A stretch of DNA of 64,000 nucleotides, taken from the NCBI GenBank assembly GCA_963666215.2, contig CAXWPL010000004.1, forward strand, positions 128,001 to 192,000, in the 5' to 3' direction. The position numbers and the translations under genes were made by a program. This stretch comes from Acidobacteriota bacterium (lineage in GTDB: Bacteria > Acidobacteriota > UBA890 > WLXD01). Positions 37,726-45,407 of the stretch are shown here, one piece after another. Under the pieces are notes generated by a model. That model searched no databases. It was not told where the DNA came from and saw nothing but the letters and a program-made list of their open reading frames with translations. Position 1 is the stretch's first letter; the number at the start of each line of letters is the position of its first letter.

Positions 37726-39522
37726 CTACCCGAACTCCTCCTCCAGCTCGTGGAACAACGCCTCGCGCACGAGCACGACCGGCAGGAACCCAATGCGGTA
37801 GACGCGGTCGTGAAAGTCCTTGAGCGTTCCCCGCTGGTTGAGCTCCCGCATCTTCTGGAAGTAGTCCTCGCGCAGCAGCATCCACTGGTAGTAACCCACC
37901 GTCGGCGCCGCCGTGCTGCTACCCCCTGCAGTGATCCCGTCGATGTTGATCTGGGCGCCACGCTGCACGAATCCGATGACGTTCGACTCCAGGTCGACGG
38001 CCTCCTCGTAGGTCATGTCGCCGCCGTGTAGCCCCGAATCGATGATCACCCGGCCGAGGCGCCAGAGCTTCAGGCGCAGGGTCTCGAGGGCATAGATCTC
38101 CTGCTTGTCGGGCGGGAACCAGCCGTACTTTGGATCCGGGGTCAGCTCCCACTCGACGTAGTAGCACCACGACTGGTTCGAGTAGCTGCTCTCGTAGACC
38201 CGCAAGCGGCGGTCGTTCTCGTTCGCGTAGAGGCGCTGCAGGTGATGCCCCGGGTAGACCTCGTGGGTGGCAATGGCGTACATGAAGCTGCGGTCCTTCT
38301 CCGACAGGTTCTCCTCGGCCACGTCGTCCGCCCAATCCGGGGCGACAGGGATGATCCGCCATGCCGACCTCCGGGTGACGGTCTGCCCGGCCGGCACACC
38401 GGGGCCGAAGCCCCACCACTGCGACGACCACAAGCTCGGGTCGGCCGCCTCCATGATCGAGTCGTCGCTGTCCCAGGGAACCGTCACCAGGTCGTTGTCG
38501 ATGACCCAGTCACGGGACGCTCGCGCCGCCTCGTGGTGCTCGTAGACGAGCTGTTCGGCCTGCAGATGGTCCTCCTTCTCGTCGCGGAGAATCTGCAGCC
38601 AGGTGCGCTCCGGATCGATGCGGCTCGCCTTCACCTCGAGGTGGTGCTTGATGATCTCGAACTGCTTCCAGCCCCAGTCGTGGTAGCCCGGCACACGGGT
38701 GAAGCCCGGCGAGCCGAGGGCGATGCGCCGCAGGTGGATGTTGTCCTCCGGAAAGAGATACCGCGCCTCGTGCAGGTCGTTGAAGACGTCGGCGCCGATG
38801 CGGAAGTCGCCCTCGGGCATCGCCATCAGATCGGTGTTGATGAACTCCCGGTAGTCGTTCAGCGCCGCCAGCGCGGAGACGCTCTCATCCAGCAACTCCT
38901 GGCGGAGCGACGCCGACTGCAGTCGACCGGCGAAGGCCGGCAAGCTGTTCTCCAGAACGACGACCAGACCCTCGATGAGGTCGTCGGCGAGCTCGACCCA
39001 ACGATGGATGGGCTGCCGCAGATTGCGCTCGCCGTTCTGCAGCCGTACCTGCATCAACTGCAACCCGTCGAGAAGGTCGGCGGCGCGGGCCTCCGGCGCG
39101 CGCGGATCGACGGTCAGCAGGTAGTTGAGCCGGTTCGGCCGCACGCTCCAGCCACGGCTGATGCCCAGGTAGCCGCGCGGGTCCTGTCGCCAGCGCTGGA
39201 CGTTCTCGCCGCGGATGATGTTGCCGCGGAGAATGCTCTCGAGGAATCGCCAGTCGATGTCCTCGTCGAAGCTCAGCGTGTCGCGATCGATTTGGCGTAG
39301 CTCCCCGAGCAGTCGCCGTTGCACCTCGACATCGCGCCCGAACGCCGCGGCGCTCATGTCGTGGGCCTCCACACCAGCTCCAACGCCGCGCACCTCGGCC
39401 AGATATCGATCCACGAGAGCATCGAACTCGACGCTCGTGCTGGCCTCGAGGAAGCTGCCGCCGGATCCGGCGATAAGGGCGACGCCGGCCGCCAGCCCCA
39501 TGATCAGAAGCGTTCTGCGCAT
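37726..39522 (-). CDS. Secreted DUF885-family protein, tandem copy 2
   Basis: Signal peptide; HEVYPGHH; SNQSWCYYVE. Confidence 0.88.
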   Translation of the reverse strand: MRRTLLIMGLAAGVALIAGSGGSFLEASTSVEFDALVDRYLAEVRGVGAGVEAHDMSAAAFGRDVEVQRRLLGELRQIDRDTLSFDEDIDWRFLESILRGNIIRGENVQRWRQDPRGYLGISRGWSVRPNRLNYLLTVDPRAPEARAADLLDGLQLMQVRLQNGERNLRQPIHRWVELADDLIEGLVVVLENSLPAFAGRLQSASLRQELLDESVSALAALNDYREFINTDLMAMPEGDFRIGADVFNDLHEARYLFPEDNIHLRRIALGSPGFTRVPGYHDWGWKQFEIIKHHLEVKASRIDPERTWLQILRDEKEDHLQAEQLVYEHHEAARASRDWVIDNDLVTVPWDSDDSIMEAADPSLWSSQWWGFGPGVPAGQTVTRRSAWRIIPVAPDWADDVAEENLSEKDRSFMYAIATHEVYPGHHLQRLYANENDRRLRVYESSYSNQSWCYYVEWELTPDPKYGWFPPDKQEIYALETLRLKLWRLGRVIIDSGLHGGDMTYEEAVDLESNVIGFVQRGAQINIDGITAGGSSTAAPTVGYYQWMLLREDYFQKMRELNQRGTLKDFHDRVYRIGFLPVVLVREALFHELEEEFG

Positions 39523-39534
39523 GTCAGCCTCGAT

Positions 39535-41343
39535 TCAGTTGCTGATGGCCTGGCCGAACTGCTGCTCCAGCTCGTGGAACATGGCCTCGCGTACCAGGAC
39601 GACAGGCATGAAGCCGATCCGATAGACGCGGTCGTGGAAGTCTTTCAGCGTTCCGCGCTGGTTGAGCTCGCGCATCTTCTGGAAGTAGTCCTCGCGCAGC
39701 AGCATCCACTGGAAGTAGCCGAGCGTCGGCGCCGCCATGGTCGAGCCGATGCGCGAGACGATGCCGTCCATGTTGATCCGCGATCCCTCTTCGACGAACC
39801 CGACCCCGCTCATCTCGAGCTCCAGCGCATCGTCGTAGCTCATGTCGCTGGCGTGGATGCCCGAGTCGATGATCACGCGGTCGAAGCGCCAGAGCTTCAA
39901 ACGAAGGGTCTCGAGCGCGTAGATGTCCTGCTTGTCGGCCGGGAACCAGCCGTACTGCGGATCCGGGGTCAGCTCCCACTCGATGTAGTAACACCAAGAC
40001 TGGTTCGAATAGCTGCTCTCGTACTGCCGCAGCCGACGCGGTATCTCGTTCGCGTAGAGCCGCTGCAGGTGGTGCCCCGGGTACACCTCGTGCGTGGCGA
40101 TGGCGTACATGAACATCGCGTCTTTCTCGGTCAGGTTGCCCTCGGCCTGCTGGTCTGGCCACTCCGGGTTGACCGGGATGATCGTCCACGCCGACTTGCG
40201 GAACTCGGTCTGGCCGGCGGGCACCCCCGGGCCCCAACCCCACCACTGCGACATCCACAGGCTCGGGTCGGCGGCCTGCATGATCGAGTCGTCGTCGTCC
40301 CACGGAATCGTCACCAGGTCGTTGTCGATAACCCAGTCGCGGCTCGCTCGTGCCGCCTCGAGGTGCTTGAAGACGAGCTGCTCGGCGAAGAAATGATCCT
40401 CCTTTTCGTCGCGCAGGATCTCGAGCCACGTACGGTCGGGGTCGATCCGCGCGGCCTTGACTTCGAGGTGGTGCTTGACGATCTCGAACTGCTTCAACCC
40501 CCACTCCCGATACGCCGGAAAGCGGGTGAAGCCCGGCATCCCGCGGGCGATACGGCGCAGGTGGATGTTGTCCTCCGGGAACATGTAGCGAGTCTCCATG
40601 AGCCCGTTGAAGACCTCGGCGCCGATCCGGTAGTCGCCCACCGGCATCTCGGACAGGTCCGAGTTGATGTGCTCACTGAAGTTGCCCAGGGCGGCGATCG
40701 CGCGATTGTTCTCGGCGAGCAGCCGCTGGCGAAGGTCGGCGTCGCCGACCCGCTCCGCGAACTTCGGAAGGTCGTTCTCGAGGACGACCAGGAAACCGTC
40801 GATGAAGGCGTCGGACAGCTCCACCCATCGGGCGATGTACTGGTTCAAGTTCGCCTTGCCGTTCTCCAGCCGTGTCCGCAACATCTGCAGGTCGGAGATC
40901 AGCCCCTCGGCTCGCACCTCGATGGGGCTCGGATCGACGATGACCTTGTAAGCGACCGCGCGGTTATTCAGGTAGACGCGCGGGTCTTGCCGCCAGCGCT
41001 GGACGTTCTCTTCCTCGAGCACGGCAGAAGCAAGGATGCTCTCGAGGAAGCGATGGTCGATGTACTGATCGAAGGTCAGGGTGTCGCGATCGATGCCCCT
41101 GAGCTCGGCGAGGAGCCTACGCTTGGTCTCGGTGACCCGCTCGAAGCTCTCGGCGCTCAGATCGCGCGGAGCCGAGCTCGCGCCGACGCCGCGCACCTCC
41201 TCGAGATAGCGGTCGATGAGACCCTCGAACTCCATGTTGAGGGCGGCCTGCGGACTCTCGACTCCGCCGGCTGCGAGTGAGCCCGCGAGCAGGCTGAGTC
41301 CGACGATGGCGCCGGCGGTCAGAACAAATCCGCGTTTCTTCAT
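39535..41343 (-). CDS. Secreted DUF885-family protein, tandem copy 1
   Basis: Signal peptide MKKRGF; GGAGG RBS; HEVYPGHH; SNQSWCYYIE. Confidence 0.88.
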   Translation of the reverse strand: MKKRGFVLTAGAIVGLSLLAGSLAAGGVESPQAALNMEFEGLIDRYLEEVRGVGASSAPRDLSAESFERVTETKRRLLAELRGIDRDTLTFDQYIDHRFLESILASAVLEEENVQRWRQDPRVYLNNRAVAYKVIVDPSPIEVRAEGLISDLQMLRTRLENGKANLNQYIARWVELSDAFIDGFLVVLENDLPKFAERVGDADLRQRLLAENNRAIAALGNFSEHINSDLSEMPVGDYRIGAEVFNGLMETRYMFPEDNIHLRRIARGMPGFTRFPAYREWGLKQFEIVKHHLEVKAARIDPDRTWLEILRDEKEDHFFAEQLVFKHLEAARASRDWVIDNDLVTIPWDDDDSIMQAADPSLWMSQWWGWGPGVPAGQTEFRKSAWTIIPVNPEWPDQQAEGNLTEKDAMFMYAIATHEVYPGHHLQRLYANEIPRRLRQYESSYSNQSWCYYIEWELTPDPQYGWFPADKQDIYALETLRLKLWRFDRVIIDSGIHASDMSYDDALELEMSGVGFVEEGSRINMDGIVSRIGSTMAAPTLGYFQWMLLREDYFQKMRELNQRGTLKDFHDRVYRIGFMPVVLVREAMFHELEQQFGQAISN

Positions 41344-41425
41344 CGGCTGGGCTACCTCCTGTCCGACCGCCCCGCGCGCAAAGCTCAGGGTCTACCCTGG
41401 TTGGCGCGACTCGGCCCTCGAAAAT

Positions 41426-41473
41426 GTGGCCGTCATCTATCGCCGAAAGGGAACAGCGAGAGAGGGCGGCCAC
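41426..41473 (-). terminator. Long hairpin between the TonB receptor and the DUF885 array
   Basis: GTGGCCGTC..TCTATCGC / GCGAGAGA..GGCGGCCAC pairing. Confidence 0.4.
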
Positions 41474-41549
41474 TTGTTGATCATCGTTTGACTTGTTTCA
41501 GCTGGTTGTGTCCCGCCAAAACGGAACCGTCTGCCCTTCCTCCGCGGTC

Positions 41550-44360
41550 CTAGAACTCGATCCGCAGGCCGAGCCGGAAGATGCGCGGCGGCGTCACGTT
41601 GCGAGGCACGTTGAGGTTCGAGCCGGTGAGCACGCCGGTGCGCAGGATGGTGTTGGCGTTGAGCACGTTGAAGCCATCGACCATGGCCTCGAGCGAGATG
41701 TCCCCGACACGGAAGGTCTTCGCGAACCTGAGGTCGAGAATGCTGCTGGCATCCTGGCGGAACTCGCCATTCTCCTCCACGCGGATCGAGGAGAAGGAAC
41801 CGGTCGTGGCGTCCTGGACCAGGAGCTCGCGCGCCATCTGGTGATCGAGGCCACCGTAGGTGTTCATGCCACTCGTAATCCGGTACGCGCCACCGATATT
41901 GATGTCATAGGGGGCCACGAAGAAGCCGGAGACCTTGCCGGCGAACGGTGCGTCCAGGCCGGTCGAACCGTAGGGGAACACCTCCGCCGTGTTGCGGTTC
42001 GTGAAGCCGCCCACGCGACCGTACTGGTCAGAGATGGTCGCCGACGCGGTCATCATCCACACGCCGTCGAAGCGGCGGGTGTAGACGAAGTCGACGCCGT
42101 GGTAGCGGTTGTAATCGTCCTCGTGATTCCCGAGGGTCTGCTGTCTGTCGACGCCGACGAAGGCCGGGTCGATCGACCAGTAGTCGATCGTGTTACCCGT
42201 GATCGGATCGATCGCGGTGGTCGGGATGTTGTAGGCCGACGTCGGAATGCCCGCCCAGCTCACGCCCCATAGGTTGCTGTTCTTGCGGTAGGTATAGCGG
42301 GCGCTGAGCGAGCTGCGCTCCGTCAGGCCCCTCTCCACCGCGAAGCTGACCTCGTCGCTGTGCCAGGTATCGAAGTCGTCCGCGAATTGGTTGCTGCTGC
42401 TCAGTGTCTGGATGCCCGAGGCGTTGAACTCGTCCGGATAGTCCGGGAAGTCGTTGCCGTTCAGGTCGTTCCACGAGACCGTTGCGTTGCGGTTCGAGAA
42501 CCTGATCCCGTAGCTGTGCATGTCGCTGTTGTCGATGCCGGTGTAGTAGCGGCCGGCGCTGCCCTTGACGACCGTGCGGCCGTCACCCTTGACGTCCAAG
42601 GCGAAGCCGAGGCGTGGCGAAACGGTGGTCCAGCCGGCGACGCTGTCGTTCGGCTGGACGGCCTGCTGCTCCGAGAAGAAGATGCCGACCCAGGGCCCCT
42701 GGTTTTGGGGCTGCTGCGGGATGCTGGCGTTGTGGTCCTCTACCCGGACGCCGAGGTTCAGGGTCAAGTTGCCGATCCGGACGTCGTCCTGGACGTAGCC
42801 CATCCACACCTGCTGGTGGTTTCGTGCCTCGACCGGGGAGTTGAACACCCTCACGCGGAAGGGCACGCCGTTAGCATAGCGGCGCTCGAGGCTCGCGTTG
42901 TGTGAGGTTCGGGTGTAGTAGGAGCCGCGCCGGTGCTCGACCCCGAGCTTGAGGTCATGCGAAGCGCTGGCCCCGTCCTTGAACAGCGTGTAGTTGCTGC
43001 CGAGGGTCCACAGGTGGGCGAGCGAGAAGAACTCACTCCGCGCGGCGTCCGAGCGAACGCCGGTGACCTCGTCGAAGCGGCTGGTGGTGTTGCCGACGCC
43101 GTCCTGGTACTTCAGCGGAAATGGCGGGCTGCCCCAGCCGGCGTAGACGTCGAGGAAGGCATTGTTGCCAAACACCCGGTTGTACTTGCCCTGCATGATG
43201 AAGTGGCGGCCATCCTGGAACCACGAGCCCTCCGGGGCGGTGAACTGGCTGACGCCACGATTGGCACGGATCTTTTGGGCCCACTCGCCGTTCACCATCA
43301 GCGTGCTGCTGTCGTCGAGACGAGCCGTGACCTTGGAGGTGAGGTTGGTGAGGAAGGAGCCGTCGGTGCACCCGCTGCCGTCCGGCAGGAGACAGTTCAG
43401 GACAAACGGTGTCACCCGATACTCGCGGAACGCGGTGTAGAACCAGACGCTGTCACTCACAACCGGCCCGCCGAAGTCCACCGAGATGTCGGTGAGCTTG
43501 TCGAGATTACCGCCGGTCGAGGTGACTCCCTTGTCCCGGAGCTCCTGGTTGAGGTTGTCGCCCTGGAGAGACGGGCCCTCGTAGTAGCCGCGGATACCGC
43601 CGTGAAAATCATTGCCACCGTCCTTGACGATGGTGTTGATGATCATGCCGCCCTTCGAGTTCTCGGCCGAGATCCCCGAGGTGGTGAACTGGATCTCCTC
43701 GAAGGCATCGGTGTTGAAATAACCGAGCCCGATGCCGTGCTCGAACAGCGTCATGTCCATACCGTTCATGTTGTACTGCTGCGCCTCGCGCTCCGATCCA
43801 TGTACCTGGAACCCGGACAGCTGGACGCTCTCGTTGCCGCCTACGTTCTCCTTGGAGAGCATCACACCAGGCACCTGCTGGAGGTACGACCACAGGTCCA
43901 TCGCCGAGGGGATCTCGTGGAGCTGGTTCTGCCCCCAGACGGAGGTGGCCCCTGAGTTCTTGGTGTCGATGAGCGGCGCCTCGCCAGTGACCGAGACGGT
44001 CTCGGACACGCCGGAAAGATCGAGCCGCGCGTCGATCGTGAGGCTCACACCAACGCTGACGCCGACGGCGCTGAATTCGGCTGTTCTAAAGCCCTGTAGC
44101 TCGACCCGCACGAGGTAGGTCCCGGACTGCAGGCCGGGGAACCGGTACACTCCCGCTACCGACGTTGTCGTCGTCCGACTGCCACCGATCAGGTCGTCGC
44201 TCTCGACCGTCACCGTGACCCCGGGCAGTGGCGCCCCGTCAGGGTCGGTAATGATGCCTCGGATGGCTCCGGTATCCCGCCCCTGCGCGAACGCCACGTT
44301 CGCGGTGACGAGAACGAGAACGACGACAAAACAACAGAACGCGCAACGGGCCACTCGCAT
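41550..44360 (-). CDS. TonB-dependent outer-membrane receptor (carboxypeptidase-regulatory N-domain, Oar-like), paralog 1
   Basis: Signal peptide; G.ITDPDGAPLPGVTVT; YRFPGL; G.IINTIVKDGGNDFHG; TLNLGVR; SPRLGFA.D; C-terminal PRIFRLGLRIEF. Confidence 0.9.
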   Translation of the reverse strand: MRVARCAFCCFVVVLVLVTANVAFAQGRDTGAIRGIITDPDGAPLPGVTVTVESDDLIGGSRTTTTSVAGVYRFPGLQSGTYLVRVELQGFRTAEFSAVGVSVGVSLTIDARLDLSGVSETVSVTGEAPLIDTKNSGATSVWGQNQLHEIPSAMDLWSYLQQVPGVMLSKENVGGNESVQLSGFQVHGSEREAQQYNMNGMDMTLFEHGIGLGYFNTDAFEEIQFTTSGISAENSKGGMIINTIVKDGGNDFHGGIRGYYEGPSLQGDNLNQELRDKGVTSTGGNLDKLTDISVDFGGPVVSDSVWFYTAFREYRVTPFVLNCLLPDGSGCTDGSFLTNLTSKVTARLDDSSTLMVNGEWAQKIRANRGVSQFTAPEGSWFQDGRHFIMQGKYNRVFGNNAFLDVYAGWGSPPFPLKYQDGVGNTTSRFDEVTGVRSDAARSEFFSLAHLWTLGSNYTLFKDGASASHDLKLGVEHRRGSYYTRTSHNASLERRYANGVPFRVRVFNSPVEARNHQQVWMGYVQDDVRIGNLTLNLGVRVEDHNASIPQQPQNQGPWVGIFFSEQQAVQPNDSVAGWTTVSPRLGFALDVKGDGRTVVKGSAGRYYTGIDNSDMHSYGIRFSNRNATVSWNDLNGNDFPDYPDEFNASGIQTLSSSNQFADDFDTWHSDEVSFAVERGLTERSSLSARYTYRKNSNLWGVSWAGIPTSAYNIPTTAIDPITGNTIDYWSIDPAFVGVDRQQTLGNHEDDYNRYHGVDFVYTRRFDGVWMMTASATISDQYGRVGGFTNRNTAEVFPYGSTGLDAPFAGKVSGFFVAPYDINIGGAYRITSGMNTYGGLDHQMARELLVQDATTGSFSSIRVEENGEFRQDASSILDLRFAKTFRVGDISLEAMVDGFNVLNANTILRTGVLTGSNLNVPRNVTPPRIFRLGLRIEF

Positions 44361-44458
44361 CTTTAGTGCCTTCCTGGTGTGTAGCATCCGCCGCCAACGG
44401 CATCATGTGGGTGCCCTCGGCGGGCAGAATTACGGTTATCAATCGTTATCAAAGCGTA

Positions 44459-44488
44459 GTTTTACTAACCCTTCGGTCCTCTTGTCAA
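44459..44488 (-). promoter_or_regulatory. Promoter of TBDR1 (TTGACA-18-TAAAAC) with an operator-like site at 44463-44478
   Basis: Same architecture as the promoter at 53844-53873. Confidence 0.5.
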
Positions 44489-44566
44489 GCGATCGGCTCC
44501 GAATTCATGCCGTCGCGCTAACCAACGGCGATGGTTCATCCATCGACGGTTTCAGGGGTCGGACCC

Positions 44567-45221
44567 CTACTCGCCGCGACGTAGGTGTTCGTCGAAGAAC
44601 CGTTCCATCTTCCCGAAGGCGTCGACCCAGCTCCGCTTGCGGCCGAAGAAGTGAGGCTCGCCCGGGTAAACCTCGAACTCGAACCGCTTGCCCCGTTGCA
44701 ACATCTCGTCGACCAGCTTGATCGACTGCAGGAAGTTCACGTGGACATCCGCCGTGCCCTGCACGGTCAGCACGGGCGCCTGGAGATCGTCGAGGAAATT
44801 CAACGCTGAGGCGTTGAAGTAGGCCTCGGGATTCTGCTCGGGCGTTCCCAGGCGAGCGTACATCCAGCCGTTGCGGACGTCCCATGGCCCTCCCTCCATC
44901 TCGAAGTCGAGAACACCCGCGACGTTGATGTCCGCCGCCGTCGACGGGCACGACGTAGAGATCCTGGGTGCGCCAGTCGGTCCATAGAAAGGACACGTGG
45001 CCACTGTCGGGCGAGAAGTTGGGCCGGGAGGGCCAGAGAGCGTCCAGATAGTCGCCCATGGACAGGGTGTCATCGGTGGGGGCCGCCGGATCATTGCCGC
45101 TAGTGCCCCACGGATCGCCACTGCAGGCCGTCACGGAGACGACGAGAAGCGCGGCGGTGCTGATCGCTCGTCCCGCTCGCCGTTGCCGTGGGCCCGAGCC
45201 GGTCCGGTCGTCACTGGTCAT
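44567..45221 (-). pseudogene. Internally deleted, frameshifted copy of the S9 peptidase
   Basis: The N-terminus up to VVPVDGG is joined out of frame to INVAGVLDFE; the propeller and the catalytic Ser motif are missing. Confidence 0.88.
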
Positions 45222-45407
45222 CCTGCTACCTCCGTTGCCAACACGCGTGCGAGTCCGCTCGGGCGTCGACCGCTAGACCGTGCGCCGCGACACGCTGGTC
45301 GCCCTGCGCGCCCGCGTGGCCCGAATCGCCCTGGAAAACGTCAAGGGCGGTGGCGACCGGGCGACCGGCTCGCCACTGCCCTTGCGGCTCAGTCGAGGCG
45401 AGGCGCC

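Noticed and set aside
32010-41343. DUF885 array as a DGR target or invertible shufflon
   Set aside because: There is no reverse transcriptase, recombinase or inverted cassette, and the differences are not adenine-specific by eye.
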